Notes: generated by a model from the sequence alone, not told the origin. 64,000 nt of DNA from Deltaproteobacteria bacterium (GCA_005888095.1 VBKF01000103.1:35845-99844); one strand, 5' to 3'. Counted from the first letter of the stretch, positions 20,254-31,433 are shown. Numbers and translations are program-made.

Positions 20254-21582
20254 TTAGCACGTGGCACGCAGAGTCACCACCACGTCGGCGACGTTCGTGC
20301 CCGTCGGTCCCGTGCGCACGAGATCGCCGGCGGCGTCGAGCAGCGGATGGCTGTCCGTGCGGGCCAGCGCGGCCGCGGGGTCGAGACCGCGCGCTCGCGC
20401 GCGCCCGGCCGTCTCGCCGTCGACGCAGGCGCCCGCGGCGTCGGTCGGGCCGTCGACGCCGTCGGTGCCGGCCGCGAGCAGGACGGCGGGCTCGCCGGCG
20501 AGTGCGATGGCCGCGGCGAGCGCGAGCTGCTGGCAGCGCCCGCCGCGGCCATCCGGCACGACGCGAACCGTGGTCTCCCCGCCCGCGACGATCGCCTGCG
20601 GCCGGTCGCGGGGCGAGGCGGCGAGCCGAGCGGCGATGGCGCGCCCGGCACTGGCCGCGTCGCCGCTGAGCGCCGCCGGGAAGACGGTCGTCGCGTAGCC
20701 GTGCAGCTCCGCCGCGCGCGCGGCCGCCCCGAGCGCGTCGCGGTTGCCGCCGACCAGGAGCAGCCGTGTCCGCGCGCAAACGGGCTCCCCGGGCTTGACG
20801 GTTTCCGGCACGCGGCCCGCGAGGCCGCGCTCCAGGTGCCGCTGGACGGCGGCCGGCACGTCCTCGGGTGCGAGGAAGCGGGCGACCACGCGGGCCGCGT
20901 CGGCGAACGTGGTCGGATCCGGCACCGTCGGCCCCGAGCCGATGGTCGCCGGGTCGTCGCCGACCACGTCGGAGAGAACGAGGGTCCAGACGCCCGCCGC
21001 GCCGGCGGCGGCGCGCAGGAGACCCCCGCCCTTCACCTGCGAGCAGTGCTTGCGGACGGTGTTCAGCGCCTCGATGTCCGCGCCCGCGAGGAGGAGCCCG
21101 CGCGTCACCTCCTGCTTGTCGCAAAGGTCGAGGCCGGGCGCGGGCGCGACCAGCAACGCCGACGCGCCGCCCGCGAGCACGACGAGGACGACTGTCGAGC
21201 GGTCGGCTGTAGCGACCACCTCCAGGAGCCGTCGCGTCGCCGCCTCGCCCGTCGCGTCCGGCACGGGATGCGCTCCGGCGGCGACCGTGACACCGCCGAT
21301 GGGCGACAGGTCGCTCCCGTGGGGTACGATCACGATCCCACCGTGCAGCGCCTGTCCCGCCGCACGCGCCACCGCCTCGGCCATGCTCCGCGCCGCCTTG
21401 CCCGCGCCGACCACAAGCACCGGCCCCGCATGGCGCGCCGTCACGGCCGCCCCCGGTGCACCGAGGCACAGCGTGTCGTCGACGCGGCGCAGACGCGCGC
21501 TGACGAGCCGCCCGGGATGCACCGCCTCGACCGCCGCGCGCCAGCACTCGAGTGCGTCCCGGCGCATCTCGGCAAGCGTCAT
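20254..21582 (-). CDS. glycerate 2-kinase (MOFRL family; hydroxypyruvate reductase-like)
   Basis: 442 aa with the MOFRL pattern (VLVVGAGKAA, LAGGETTV, GTDGVDGPTD). Confidence 0.85.
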   Translation of the reverse strand: MTLAEMRRDALECWRAAVEAVHPGRLVSARLRRVDDTLCLGAPGAAVTARHAGPVLVVGAGKAARSMAEAVARAAGQALHGGIVIVPHGSDLSPIGGVTVAAGAHPVPDATGEAATRRLLEVVATADRSTVVLVVLAGGASALLVAPAPGLDLCDKQEVTRGLLLAGADIEALNTVRKHCSQVKGGGLLRAAAGAAGVWTLVLSDVVGDDPATIGSGPTVPDPTTFADAARVVARFLAPEDVPAAVQRHLERGLAGRVPETVKPGEPVCARTRLLLVGGNRDALGAAARAAELHGYATTVFPAALSGDAASAGRAIAARLAASPRDRPQAIVAGGETTVRVVPDGRGGRCQQLALAAAIALAGEPAVLLAAGTDGVDGPTDAAGACVDGETAGRARARGLDPAAALARTDSHPLLDAAGDLVRTGPTGTNVADVVVTLRATC

Positions 21583-21645
21583 GGCGGCTGGCCTCGCCGC
21601 CCGCTTCTGGACCTCCCCCGGGCCCGCCGCCTATAAGGCTCTACC

Positions 21646-22173
21646 ATGTCGTCGACCGGCGAATTCGAGGGCGCCGCGGTGCTCGAGGGGTTCCCCAACA
21701 CCTGGAAGCGCGTCATGACGGACCCACGCGGCTTCTTCGCGGACATGCCCGAGGTGGGGGGCCTCCAGGCCCCGCTCGCCTTCCTCGGCGTGTCGGCGGT
21801 GATCAGCGCGGCCGGCCACCTCGTCATGGGCTGGGGTCTCGGCGGCTTCCTCCGGATCGTCCTCTGGCAGGTGCTCGGCGCCTTCGTGTCGGCGGCGCTC
21901 TATGTACTCGTCGCCCAGCACCTCTTCGGCGGGCGCGCCGGCTTCGAGGCGACCTTTCGCGTGGTGGCGTACGCGGCCGCGCCGATGGTGCTGTCCTGGT
22001 TGCCGTGGCGGCTCGGCGTGCTGGCCGTCCTCTACGGCGCCTACCTGACGATCATCGGGCTCGAGCGCGTGCACGCATTCGACGCCACGCGGGCCGTGCT
22101 GACGGTCGTGATCGGGCTCGGCGCGACCTGGCTCCTGTTCGCCGCACGCCGCCGCGGCCCGTTCCTGCCGTGA
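21646..22173 (+). CDS. Yip1-domain integral membrane protein
   Basis: 175 aa, hydrophobic with about 5 TM segments and a balanced (non-Arg-rich) composition. The N-terminal pattern resembles the Yip1 family. Confidence 0.55.
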   Translation: MSSTGEFEGAAVLEGFPNTWKRVMTDPRGFFADMPEVGGLQAPLAFLGVSAVISAAGHLVMGWGLGGFLRIVLWQVLGAFVSAALYVLVAQHLFGGRAGFEATFRVVAYAAAPMVLSWLPWRLGVLAVLYGAYLTIIGLERVHAFDATRAVLTVVIGLGATWLLFAARRRGPFLP

Positions 22174-22174
22174 G

Positions 22175-22600
22175 CTACGAGGTCTCCTCGTCGGTGTCGC
22201 CGGTGGTGAGGCGCCGGTAGGTGCGGTCCTCCTCGAACCGCTTGTTGAGCCGGGCCTCCTTCTCGCGCTCCGCCTGGCAGTTGATGCAGAGCCGGGTGAA
22301 GGGCAGCGCCTCGAGGCGCCCCTCGGCGATGTCCGACTCGCAGCTCTCACACATGCCGTAGGAGCCTTCGTCGACCCGCGCGAGCGCCTCGTCGATCGCC
22401 TGGAGCTTCTCGCGCTCGCGGTCGGTCAGGATGAAGTTGATCTCCCGGTCGCGCGCGTCGCTCGCGAGGTCGTACGTGTCCATGCCCTCGTCCTTGCTCT
22501 GCTCGCGTCCTTCGTGCAGCTCGGCCTGCACGTTGCGGAGGAGCTGAGCGCGCATCTCCTGCAGCGTGTCGCGGGCTTTCTTGAGGAATGCCTTGCGCAT
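22175..22600 (-). CDS. dksA: DksA/TraR-family C4 zinc-finger transcription factor
   Basis: 141 aa; coiled-coil N-terminus and a C-terminal CESCESDIAEGRLEALPFTRLCINC zinc finger. Confidence 0.85.
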   Translation of the reverse strand: MRKAFLKKARDTLQEMRAQLLRNVQAELHEGREQSKDEGMDTYDLASDARDREINFILTDREREKLQAIDEALARVDEGSYGMCESCESDIAEGRLEALPFTRLCINCQAEREKEARLNKRFEEDRTYRRLTTGDTDEETS

Positions 22601-22626
22601 GAAGCCTCCCGGAAAGGCGCGGCACT

Positions 22627-24000
22627 CTAAAGTGTCGCCTGGGACGTGTCAACGGCGGTCCCGGGCCTCGACTCGATGATCTCGCCGATGAGGTCGTACG
22701 TTTCTGCACCGACGATCCGCGCCCGCACGAGATCGCCCGCCTGCGCGCGGCCTCTCAGGTACGTGCGCCCGTCGATCTCGGGCGCCTGACCGCGCGTTCT
22801 CCCCACGAGACGGCCGCGCGTATCCCGGCCCTCGACGAGAACCTCGATGGTGCGCCCGCGGTGGGCAGCTGCACGACGTCGCGCCACGCTCGCCTGGACC
22901 GCCATCACGCGTTCCCAGCGCTCGGCCTTCACGGCCTCGGGCACCTGGCCGGACAGCGCGGCCGCAGGCGTGTTCTCCTCCCGCGAGTAGCGGAAGACGC
23001 CCACGTGGTCGAACTCCGCCTCCGCGAGGAAGGCGCACAGCTCGGCCAGGTCGTCCTCCGTCTCGCCGGGAAAGCCGACGATGAACGAGGTGCGGAGCGC
23101 GATCGCAGGCACCGCGCGCCGGATGCGGGCGATCAGGCCGCGGATGGCGGCGCCGCTGCGCTCGCGGCGCATGGCACGCAGCAGCCGGTCGGAGATGTGC
23201 TGGAGCGGCATGTCGAGGTACGTGCAGACCGCCGGCTCGTCGGCGATGACCTCGAGGAGCTCGTCGGTGACCGACGCGGGGTAGGCATAGAGCAGCCGGA
23301 GCCAGCGCACCTCGGGCACGCGCACGGCGAGCGCACGGAGGAGCCGCGCGAGCGACGCGTCGCCCGCGAGGTCGCGGCCGTAGGCGGTCAGATCCTGGCC
23401 GATGAGGCAGATCTCGACCGTCCCCTCGGCGGCGAGGCTCGCCGCCTCGGCGAGGAGGTCGTCCATCGGGCGGCTCTCGTGCCGGCCCCGGATCTTCGGG
23501 ATGATGCAGAAGCTGCACGCGTGGTCGCAGCCCTCGGAGACCTTCACGTAGGCCGTCCACCACGCCCCCGTCCGCACGCGCGCCGCGCGCGCGTGGGTGG
23601 GAAGCACGTGCTGGGCGCCGCGATAGACGATCGGCGCGGGTGCGGGCGGCGCCTCGATCGCGTCGGCGATGCGCAGGAGATCGCCCGTGCCGACGAACAC
23701 GTCGACCTCGGGAAGCGCCGTCTCGAGGTCGTCGGCGTAGCGCTGGGCGAGACAGCCCGTCACCACCAGGCGCCGACCGGGGCGGGCAGCCTTCACCGCG
23801 GCCAGGTCGAGGATCGCGTCGATCGACTCCTCCTTGGCGGGCGTGATGAAGGCGCAGGTGTTGACCACGAGCACGTCGGCGGCCTCGGGGTCGGACACCA
23901 TCTCGTAGCCGCGGCGGGCGAGCACGCCGAGCATGATCTCGCTGTCCACCTGGTTCTTCGGGCAGCCGAGGGTCAGGAGGTGCACGCGGCGGGACGTCAT
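22627..24000 (-). CDS. rimO: ribosomal protein S12 methylthiotransferase (MiaB family)
   Basis: 457 aa; MTTase N-domain (LTLGCPKNQVDSE), radical-SAM CxxxCxxC (CDHACSFC), C-terminal TRAM domain. Confidence 0.9.
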   Translation of the reverse strand: MTSRRVHLLTLGCPKNQVDSEIMLGVLARRGYEMVSDPEAADVLVVNTCAFITPAKEESIDAILDLAAVKAARPGRRLVVTGCLAQRYADDLETALPEVDVFVGTGDLLRIADAIEAPPAPAPIVYRGAQHVLPTHARAARVRTGAWWTAYVKVSEGCDHACSFCIIPKIRGRHESRPMDDLLAEAASLAAEGTVEICLIGQDLTAYGRDLAGDASLARLLRALAVRVPEVRWLRLLYAYPASVTDELLEVIADEPAVCTYLDMPLQHISDRLLRAMRRERSGAAIRGLIARIRRAVPAIALRTSFIVGFPGETEDDLAELCAFLAEAEFDHVGVFRYSREENTPAAALSGQVPEAVKAERWERVMAVQASVARRRAAAHRGRTIEVLVEGRDTRGRLVGRTRGQAPEIDGRTYLRGRAQAGDLVRARIVGAETYDLIGEIIESRPGTAVDTSQATL

Positions 24001-24002
24001 CG

Positions 24003-24488
24003 TCAGTCGCGGAAGTTCACGAACTGCATCGCGACGCCGAGGTCCTCGGCGCGCAGCCGCTGGACGACCGCCTGGAGGTCGTCCTTCTTCTTGCCGCTGA
24101 CCCGCACCTGGTCGCCCTGGATCGCCACCTGGAGCTTCGTCTTCATGTCCTTCACCAGCTTCACGATGTCGCGCGCCTTCTCGACGGGGATGCCCTGCTG
24201 GAGATCGAGCTTCTGCTTGGCCGTGCCAGCCGGACCGGGCTCGATGGGCCCGGCCAGCAGCGCCTTCAGCGGCACCTGGCGGCGGGCGAGCTTCTCGCGC
24301 AGGATGTCGCCGAGCGCACGCAGCTTGAAGTCGTCGGCGGTGTGCAGGTGGATGGCGTTCTCCTCGCGCCGGACCTCGGTCTTCGCGCCCTTGAAGTCGA
24401 AGCGCTGGCCGATCTCGCGCAGCGTCTGGTTGATCGCGTTGTCGACCTCCTGCAGATCGACGCGGCACACGACGTCGAAGGACGGCAT
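24003..24488 (-). CDS. yajQ: YajQ-family nucleotide-binding protein (UPF0234)
   Basis: MPSFDVVCRVDLQEVDNAINQ is the canonical YajQ N-terminus. There is a 2-nt gap to the rimO start. Confidence 0.85.
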   Translation of the reverse strand: MPSFDVVCRVDLQEVDNAINQTLREIGQRFDFKGAKTEVRREENAIHLHTADDFKLRALGDILREKLARRQVPLKALLAGPIEPGPAGTAKQKLDLQQGIPVEKARDIVKLVKDMKTKLQVAIQGDQVRVSGKKKDDLQAVVQRLRAEDLGVAMQFVNFRD

Positions 24489-24499
24489 CCCGGCCGGCG

Positions 24500-25141
24500 T
24501 CAATAGGCAGGGGGACGGACCACGTCAACCCCGGGCGGTGGTGTGAACCGGAAGACATCGGCGCCGAGCGAGACGTTCCGCCGCTCGTCGGTGAGCGCGA
24601 GCCGCGTCGTCGTGCCGAGCGGGTCCGTGATGCGGGCCTCCTCGATGGCCGCGTCCCGCTTGCGCACGACGAGGACGAGCGTACCGACGCCGCGGTCCTC
24701 GCGCGGGACGAGACGGACCACCCAGTGGTCGCCCGCGCTCGACTCCAGCGTCGGCGTGAAGTCGCGGTCGACGTGCCCGATCCCGGCGAGGAAGGTGACG
24801 GGGGTCGTCGCCTGGAACGCCTCGCGGAGCGGGGCCTTCAGCACCTGCTTCTCCTCGGGCTGGTAGATCCAGAGCGTCTCGCCGTCGCTCACGATGGTCT
24901 GCCGGTCGGGACCCGCGTAGTCCCAGCGCATGCGGTTCGGCTTCTCGAAGCTGACCGTGCCGCTCGACGTGAGCTTCCCGGCCAGGGTCGGCGACTCGAC
25001 CTCCTGGCTGAACTTCGCGACCAGCGTGCGCGTCGACTCGTAGCGCTGCTGGAGCATGCGGAGTGCCTCGGCGAGCTCGTCGGCACGGGCCAGCGCCGGG
25101 AGGGCCGCCGCGGCCGCCAGGTAGACGAGCACACGTCGCAT
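24500..25141 (-). CDS. lolA: outer-membrane lipoprotein carrier protein
   Basis: Signal peptide MRRVLVYLAAAAALPALA, then the LolA fold pattern (FSQEV...GKL...F...WDY). Confidence 0.8.
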   Translation of the reverse strand: MRRVLVYLAAAAALPALARADELAEALRMLQQRYESTRTLVAKFSQEVESPTLAGKLTSSGTVSFEKPNRMRWDYAGPDRQTIVSDGETLWIYQPEEKQVLKAPLREAFQATTPVTFLAGIGHVDRDFTPTLESSAGDHWVVRLVPREDRGVGTLVLVVRKRDAAIEEARITDPLGTTTRLALTDERRNVSLGADVFRFTPPPGVDVVRPPAY

Positions 25142-25151
25142 GGCCGCCCGC

Positions 25152-26312
25152 CTATCCTTCCGCGGGCCGAGGTGCAATCGCACGATCGACGGCCATCACT
25201 CCGAGCCCGCCGAGCGTCGTCGCGCCGAGGAGCGCGAACATCCCCCGGTATCCCACACCCTCCGCCAGCGCGCCGCAGACGGGAGTCCCCAGCACGGCGC
25301 CGAGGTCCGACGCTGCCGTGAGCAGGCTCACCGCGGTGCCGGCCAGCCGCGCCGGCGCGCGCTCGATGGCGAGCGCGTTGAGCACGGGGAAGAGCGACCC
25401 GTGGCCCGCGCCGCAGACGATCCCCGCGAGCACGAGGACGCCCGGGCGCGGCAGCAAGCAGAGGAGCCCGAGCCCTGCACCGATGCACGCGAAGGCCGGG
25501 ATGGCCACCCGGTGCGGCTCGACGCGGTCGAGGAGGCGACGGCCGACCAGGCGCAGCACGATCGAGGTGGTGGCATAGGCGGCAAAGAAGGGCGCGGCCC
25601 GTGCGAGGCCGAGATCCCGCGTGAAGGGGGCGACGAAGAAGAACGCGGCGTTGACGCCCATGCCGAACACGACCGTGGCGAGCAGCACCCGGGCGAGCGC
25701 GCCGTCGGCGAGGGCCCGCCATCGGCCGGTTGCGCCGCCTGCGGCAGAGGTGGCCGGAGGTACGGGCACGGCCAGGGTCAACGAGAACGAGAGGAGGGCG
25801 AAACCGGCAGCCGTGAGGAAGAAGGCGCTGAACCCGGCACGGGCGATGACCACCTCGCCGAGCGACGGGCCGAGGCCGTTGGTGAGCATGCCCGCCGCGC
25901 CGAAGACGGCGATGCCCTCCGCCCGCCGCCCCGGCGGCACGAGGTCGGCGGCATACGTGAAGTAGCTGGCGAAGAGCGCCCCCCAGAGGACGCAGTGCAC
26001 GACGGTGGCGGCGAGGAGCCAGGGCCCGAGCCGACCGAGTGCCAGAAAGGGCAGGAACGAGGCGGCGTTGAGACCGTTCGCCCAGAGCAGCACGCGGCGC
26101 CGCCCGAAGCGGTCGAGCGCCAGGCCGACGAGCGGCCGCGCCGCCACGCTCGCCGCCTCGCCGGCGCCGAGCAGGAGCCCGATCGCGACGCTGCTGCCGC
26201 CCAGCCGGCGCACGAAGAGCGGGAAGAGGAGGAACATCGCGAGGCTCATGCCCCCGGTCACGTGAATGGCGCACGCGATCCAGAAGGCGCGGGTGTAGAG
26301 CGGCGACGTCAA
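25152..26312 (-). CDS. MFS transporter
   Basis: 386 aa, 12 predicted TM helices; MFS motif A-like [14 protein letters not shown]. Confidence 0.8.
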   Translation of the reverse strand: MTSPLYTRAFWIACAIHVTGGMSLAMFLLFPLFVRRLGGSSVAIGLLLGAGEAASVAARPLVGLALDRFGRRRVLLWANGLNAASFLPFLALGRLGPWLLAATVVHCVLWGALFASYFTYAADLVPPGRRAEGIAVFGAAGMLTNGLGPSLGEVVIARAGFSAFFLTAAGFALLSFSLTLAVPVPPATSAAGGATGRWRALADGALARVLLATVVFGMGVNAAFFFVAPFTRDLGLARAAPFFAAYATTSIVLRLVGRRLLDRVEPHRVAIPAFACIGAGLGLLCLLPRPGVLVLAGIVCGAGHGSLFPVLNALAIERAPARLAGTAVSLLTAASDLGAVLGTPVCGALAEGVGYRGMFALLGATTLGGLGVMAVDRAIAPRPAEG

Positions 26313-28501
26313 TCCTCGAGGCGGCGAGCGATCACCTCGCGCGGCCGCGCGCCGGAGGCCGGCGAGACCACGCCCTCGCGCTCCATGCGCTCGACCATGC
26401 GAGCGGCGCGGTTGTAGCCGACGCGGAGCCGCCGCTGGAGCCAGGAGATCGACGCCTGCCGGTGCTCGGTCACGAGCCGCACGGCCAGGTCGTACATCTC
26501 GTCCGAGAGGTCCTCGTCCTCGCTCTCGTCGCCCTCGTCCTCGTCGCTCTCGAGGAGCTCCATCTCGTAGCGCGGCTGCTCCTGCCGCTTGATGAAGTCC
26601 ACCACCCGGTGGACGTCGGTGTCGGAGACGAAGGCGCCATGCAGGCGCTGGACGCGCGCCGTGCCGGGCGGCAGGAAGAGCAGGTCCCCCTCGCCGAGCA
26701 GGCGCTCGGCGCCGCTCGCGTCGAGGATGGTGCGCGAGTCGATGCGCGAGGTCACCTGGAAGGAGATGCGGGCCGGGAAGTTCGCCTTGATGAGACCGGT
26801 GATGACGTCGACCGACGGGCGCTGCGTGGCGAGGATCAGGTGGACGCCTGCGGCCCGCGCCTTCTGGGCGAGGCGCGTGATCGACTCCTCGATCTCGCGT
26901 CCGACGGTCATCATGAGGTCGGCGAGCTCGTCGATGATGATGACGATGCGGGGCAGGTGTCGATGCACGAGCGCACCGTCCTCGGCCGGCTCCTCCGGCG
27001 CCGGCTCCGCGGGCGGCGCGTGCGCCAAGAGACGGTTGTAGCTGTCGATGTTGCGCACGCCCTTGTCGTGGAGCAGGCGGTAGCGCGTGTCCATCTCGCG
27101 GATGGTGTTGTTGAGCGCCGCGGCCGCCTTCTTCGGATCGGTCACCACGGGCACGAGGAGGTGCGGGATGTCCTCGTAGGTGGAGAGCTCGAGCATCTTC
27201 GGGTCGATCATGATGAAGCGGACATCACGAGGGGTCGCTTTGTACAGGATGCTCATGACCATGGCGTTCATCGAGACCGACTTGCCGGTGCCGGTGGCGC
27301 CCGCCACCAGGAGGTGCGGCATGCGGGCGAGGTCGGCCACCACCACGTTGCCGGTGGTGTCCTTCCCGAAGGCGAGCGCCAGCTTCGAGTCGGCGCGCCG
27401 GTAGTCGTCGGTCGCCAGGAGCTCGCGGATGAAGACCTTCTCGCGCGAGGGGTTCGAGACCTCGATGCCGACCACCGGCTTGCCCGGGATCGGCGCCAGC
27501 ACGCGCACCGAGAGCGCCCGCAGCGCCATCGAGAGATCGTCGGCCAGGTTGACGATGCGGTTCACCTTCACGCCCGGCGCCGGCTCGAACTCGAAGGTCG
27601 TGATCACCGGTCCGGGACGCACGGCGACGACCTTGCCGATGACGCTGAAGTCCGCGAGCTTCGTCTCGAGGATGCGGGAGCTCGCGAGCAACGCGGCCTC
27701 GTCGAGCGGCTGTACGGTCCTGACCGGCTGATCGAGCAGCCCGAGCGTCGGCAGCCGGTAGCTGTCGGGCGTGAAGAGCTCCTCCTGGGTCTCGGCGCGC
27801 CGCCGCCTCGGGCCGGCGGCCTCCGGCTTCGGCTCGGGCTCGCGGATGATCGGCGGCGGGGCGTCGCCGAGGGCCGCCGCGTCCTCGATCGCATCGTCCA
27901 GCAGGATGGGCCTGCGGCTCCGTGGCGCCAGCTCTCGTGGCGCACGCATGCCGAGACCCGCCGCCACGAGACGCCTGCCCGCCGCGGCGAGCTGCCGCGC
28001 GAGCCGGGAGGCGACGGCGATCGCCGACACGCCGGTGGCCAGCATGAGCGCCACGACCAGCAGACCCGTGAGCGCGAGGTACGCCCCCGGCCCGCCGACG
28101 AGCTCGCGCAGCGCGGTGGCAACGAAGCCGCCGAGCCACCCCCCGCCGCGCACGATCGCGCGCCCCTGGGTGACGAGGCCGACCAGGGCCGCGAGCGTGA
28201 CGACGAGGAGCCCGGCGCCCGCGAGCCTGAGCCCGCCCAGGTCCTCGGCCCCCGGCCGCAGGAGCGCGACGGTGACGTAGCCGAGATAGAAGGGGAACAG
28301 GTAGGCCGCGAAGCCGAGCGCGTGCAGGGCCGTGTCGGCGATCGCGTGCCCCACCGGGCCGCCGAGGTTGGCGTGCGGCGCGTCGGGCGCGTAGGAGAGG
28401 AGGCTGAGCGCGAGGAAGACGGCGAGCGCACCGCCCGAGATCGCCTCCGCCTCGCGGATCAGAAGGCCGCTCGACCCGGCCGACGGACGCCGGCTCGGCA
28501 C
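26309..28501 (-). CDS. ftsK: DNA translocase FtsK/SpoIIIE
   Basis: N-terminal TM segments, motor domain with Walker [12 protein letters not shown], and a gamma-domain winged helix at the C-terminus ([14 protein letters not shown]). Confidence 0.9.
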   Translation of the reverse strand: MPSRRPSAGSSGLLIREAEAISGGALAVFLALSLLSYAPDAPHANLGGPVGHAIADTALHALGFAAYLFPFYLGYVTVALLRPGAEDLGGLRLAGAGLLVVTLAALVGLVTQGRAIVRGGGWLGGFVATALRELVGGPGAYLALTGLLVVALMLATGVSAIAVASRLARQLAAAGRRLVAAGLGMRAPRELAPRSRRPILLDDAIEDAAALGDAPPPIIREPEPKPEAAGPRRRRAETQEELFTPDSYRLPTLGLLDQPVRTVQPLDEAALLASSRILETKLADFSVIGKVVAVRPGPVITTFEFEPAPGVKVNRIVNLADDLSMALRALSVRVLAPIPGKPVVGIEVSNPSREKVFIRELLATDDYRRADSKLALAFGKDTTGNVVVADLARMPHLLVAGATGTGKSVSMNAMVMSILYKATPRDVRFIMIDPKMLELSTYEDIPHLLVPVVTDPKKAAAALNNTIREMDTRYRLLHDKGVRNIDSYNRLLAHAPPAEPAPEEPAEDGALVHRHLPRIVIIIDELADLMMTVGREIEESITRLAQKARAAGVHLILATQRPSVDVITGLIKANFPARISFQVTSRIDSRTILDASGAERLLGEGDLLFLPPGTARVQRLHGAFVSDTDVHRVVDFIKRQEQPRYEMELLESDEDEGDESEDEDLSDEMYDLAVRLVTEHRQASISWLQRRLRVGYNRAARMVERMEREGVVSPASGARPREVIARRLED

Positions 28502-28574
28502 GCTAGCGGGCCTCCCCGACCGTGCCCTGCCCCATCGTCACCGCCCCACCCTTCCCCGGCAGGGGCCTTTTCTA

Positions 28575-30242
28575 TTACATCTCCATGACGAAGGGGAGGA
28601 TCACGGGACGGCGGTCGAAACGCTTGAAGTACCGCCGGAGCGCCTTGCGGACCTCCTCCTTCACCTCGGCGGGGTCGGTCCGCGACTCGGGGTTGATCGC
28701 TGCCAGCGCGTCCAGGACCACCCCCCGTGCCCGCTCGAGGATCTCGGGGCTCGCCTCCTCGGTCACGACCCCGCGCGAGATGAGGTCGGGCCCGGCGACG
28801 ATCTCGCCCGACTGCTGCGCGATCGCCAGGACGGCGAGCACGAGGCCGTCCTCGGAGAGATGGCGCCGGTCGCGCAGGACCTCGTCCTCGACGTCGCCGA
28901 TCCCCTTGCCGTCGACGAAGACGCGCCCCGCGGTCACCCGCTCGCGGCGGCGCGCGACGCCCGCCGCGTCGAGCTCCAGCACGTCGCCGTCCTCGAGCAG
29001 GTGGCACGATTCGGGAGGGATGCCCACCTCCTCGGCCAGCCGAACGTGACGGACGAGGTGGCGGTACTCGCCGTGCACGGGGATGAAGTGGCGCGGCCGG
29101 ACGAGGTTCAGGACGAGCTTCAGCTCCTCCTGCGAGGCATGGCCCGAGACGTGCACCGCGGCCGTGCGACCGTAGTGCACGACGGCGCCGCGCCGGTAGA
29201 GATGGTTCACGAGGCTCGAGATCGCGCGCTCGTTGCCCGGGATGATGCGCGAGGAGAGGATCACCGTGTCCCCGGGCTCCAGCGTCACCTGCTTGTGGGC
29301 GTCCATCGCGATCCGCACCAGGGCGGATGCCGCCTCGGCCTGGCTGCCGGCGGTGATGATCACCACCCGATGGCGCGGCAGGTCGCGGGCGCTGCCGGTG
29401 TCGACGAGCGTCCCGTCGGGGATCGCGAGGTGCCCGAGGTCGCGCGCGATGGCGGTGTGCACGCCGAGGCTGCGGCCGACGAACGCGACGCGCCGGCCGA
29501 AGCGGACCGCCAGGTCGATCACCTGCTGCATGCGATGGATGTGCGAGGAGAAGGTCGTCACCAGGATGCGGCCGGTCGCCTGGCGGAAGATCGTGTCGAA
29601 CTCCGTGCCGACCGACCGTTCCGACGGCGTCACGCCGGCGTGCTCGACGTTGGTCGAGTCGGAGAGCAGGAGCAGCGCGCCCTCGGCGCCGAGCTCGCCG
29701 AGTCGGACGAGGTCGGGCAGCCGCCCGTCGAGCGGGGTCTGATCGAGCTTGAAGTCTCCCGTGTGGACGACGGTGCCGACCGGCGTGCGGATCGCGAGCC
29801 CGACCGAGTCCGGGATGGAGTGGGTCATCGCGATGGGTTCGACCGCGAAGGGGCCGACGCGGCAGGGCTCGACGTCGTAGAGGAGCAGCGGGGCCGAGAG
29901 GCCGCGCTCGCCGAGCCGCTCGCGGACGAAGCCCAGGGTGAGCCTCGTGCCGTAGACGGGGACCGGCCGCTCGCCGAGCACGTACGGCAGCGCGCCGATG
30001 TGGTCCTCGTGCCCGTGGGTCAGGAAGATCGCCTGGAACCGTTCGCCGAGGCCGCGGATGTACGTGATGTCCGGGATCGCGACGTCGATGCCGAGCATCC
30101 GCTCGTCCGGGAACATGACGCCGCAGTCGACGGCAATCGCCGCGTCCCCGTACTCGAGGACGAGCAGGTTGAGGCCGATCTCGCCGAGGCCGCCGAGCGG
30201 GATGACCCGCAGCGGCGTACCCGCGCCGTTCCCCCCCTTCAC
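28575..30242 (-). CDS. rnj: ribonuclease J (metallo-beta-lactamase/beta-CASP)
   Basis: HxHxDH motif FLTHGHEDHIGALP, beta-CASP and the RNase J C-terminal domain. Confidence 0.9.
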   Translation of the reverse strand: MKGGNGAGTPLRVIPLGGLGEIGLNLLVLEYGDAAIAVDCGVMFPDERMLGIDVAIPDITYIRGLGERFQAIFLTHGHEDHIGALPYVLGERPVPVYGTRLTLGFVRERLGERGLSAPLLLYDVEPCRVGPFAVEPIAMTHSIPDSVGLAIRTPVGTVVHTGDFKLDQTPLDGRLPDLVRLGELGAEGALLLLSDSTNVEHAGVTPSERSVGTEFDTIFRQATGRILVTTFSSHIHRMQQVIDLAVRFGRRVAFVGRSLGVHTAIARDLGHLAIPDGTLVDTGSARDLPRHRVVIITAGSQAEAASALVRIAMDAHKQVTLEPGDTVILSSRIIPGNERAISSLVNHLYRRGAVVHYGRTAAVHVSGHASQEELKLVLNLVRPRHFIPVHGEYRHLVRHVRLAEEVGIPPESCHLLEDGDVLELDAAGVARRRERVTAGRVFVDGKGIGDVEDEVLRDRRHLSEDGLVLAVLAIAQQSGEIVAGPDLISRGVVTEEASPEILERARGVVLDALAAINPESRTDPAEVKEEVRKALRRYFKRFDRRPVILPFVMEM

Positions 30243-31051
30243 GTCGCCTCCGCGACGCGGCGCCCGGTCTCGAGCCCCGCCGGGGCGGGGAGATGCTCGA
30301 GCATGAAGCTCCGTACGCGCCGGATGAGCTCGTCGCGGTCCACACCCGCCGCCGGGATCGGACGGCCCACGACGACCTCGATGTCGCCCGCGGCCACCCG
30401 CCAGGCGCGTCTCGGCAGGACCTTGTCGCTGTCACGCACGACCATGGGGACGATCGGGACTCCGGTGTCGAGCGCCATCATGAAGCCGCCCTTCTTGAAC
30501 CGCAAAAGCGTGTCGCGGGGCGTGGCACGGGTACCCTCGGGGAAGATCATGACCGAGATGCCCTCGCGCATCCGCAGCTCGGCCGCACGCAGGCTCCGGA
30601 CCGCCTGCGTGCTGTCGCTCCGGTCGATGATGATGTGGCCGGATCGCCTGAGCGCCCAGCCGAACACCGGGACGCGCGTCAGCTCGACCTTGGCCACCCA
30701 GCGGAGCTGGTACTCCGGCAGCGCAGCGATCACCGCGAGGACGTCGAACTGGCTGCGGTGGTTCGACATGAAGACGTAGGGCGTCTGCGGGTCGAGCGGG
30801 GCGAGCCGCCGCGTTCGCACGCGCACGCCGCAGGCCAGGAGGTTGATCCGGACCCAGAGCCGGCAGAGTCGATACGCTGCCCGCTCGTCGAACAGGGCGA
30901 CGGCGACCACGCTCAGCGCACAGACGACCGTGTTGAGCCCGACGCAGATCAGCTTGAGGATCGAAACCAGGATCACGACCCGTTTCTCACCCCGCCGCCG
31001 CGAACCCCTCCCGGCCTGGATCGCCGCCGCAACTAGCGTACATCCGAACAT
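30239..31051 (-). CDS. plsC: 1-acyl-sn-glycerol-3-phosphate acyltransferase
   Basis: N-terminal TM helix, acyltransferase NHxxxxD motif (FMSNHRSQFDVLA) and PEGTR motif. The exact start (ATG 31051 or an internal GTG) is uncertain. Confidence 0.75.
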   Translation of the reverse strand: MFGCTLVAAAIQAGRGSRRRGEKRVVILVSILKLICVGLNTVVCALSVVAVALFDERAAYRLCRLWVRINLLACGVRVRTRRLAPLDPQTPYVFMSNHRSQFDVLAVIAALPEYQLRWVAKVELTRVPVFGWALRRSGHIIIDRSDSTQAVRSLRAAELRMREGISVMIFPEGTRATPRDTLLRFKKGGFMMALDTGVPIVPMVVRDSDKVLPRRAWRVAAGDIEVVVGRPIPAAGVDRDELIRRVRSFMLEHLPAPAGLETGRRVAEAT

Positions 31052-31111
31052 ACCGGGGCGCAGCCGCGCAAGTCAACGTGGAGAAGGAGCGCTGTGTGCG
31101 CGGCTTGCCGT

Positions 31112-31131
31112 GGTAGCTTCCGGAAGCTACC
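31112..31131. promoter_or_regulatory. 20-bp perfect palindrome GGTAGCTTCC|GGAAGCTACC, 8 nt upstream of the antitoxin start; putative autoregulatory operator over the promoter
   Basis: Read directly from the sequence. It overlaps a candidate -35/-10 (TTGCCG ... TACCGT). Type II toxin-antitoxin operons are typically autorepressed through palindromic operators. Confidence 0.5.
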
Positions 31132-31139
31132 GTGGGCAC

Positions 31140-31433
31140 ATGCGCGCGGTCGGGCTGAAGGTGCTCAAAAACAAGCTGAGCGAGTACGTACGCCTCGCTG
31201 CCCGGGGGGAGACCGTGCTGGTCACGGACCGCGACCGGGTGGTGGCCGAGCTGGGTCCGCCGCGAGAGGGCCGGGCCCCGAGGCTCGCCGACGCCCAGCT
31301 CGCCGAGATGATGCGGAAGGGGATCCTCGCCCCGCCACTCGTGTCGCGCGAGACCCCATTGCCTCCCCGGAAGCCGATCGCGCCTCTCGCCGAGCTCCTG
31401 CGCGAGCTCGACCAGGATCGCGCGGACCGGTGA
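31140..31433 (+). CDS. vapB: type II antitoxin (Phd/YefM or VapB-like) paired with a PIN toxin
   Basis: 97 aa; MRAVGLKVLKNKLSEYVRLAARGETVLVTDRDRVVAEL is the typical antitoxin N-terminal fold. Its stop overlaps the vapC GTG start. Confidence 0.75.
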   Translation: MRAVGLKVLKNKLSEYVRLAARGETVLVTDRDRVVAELGPPREGRAPRLADAQLAEMMRKGILAPPLVSRETPLPPRKPIAPLAELLRELDQDRADR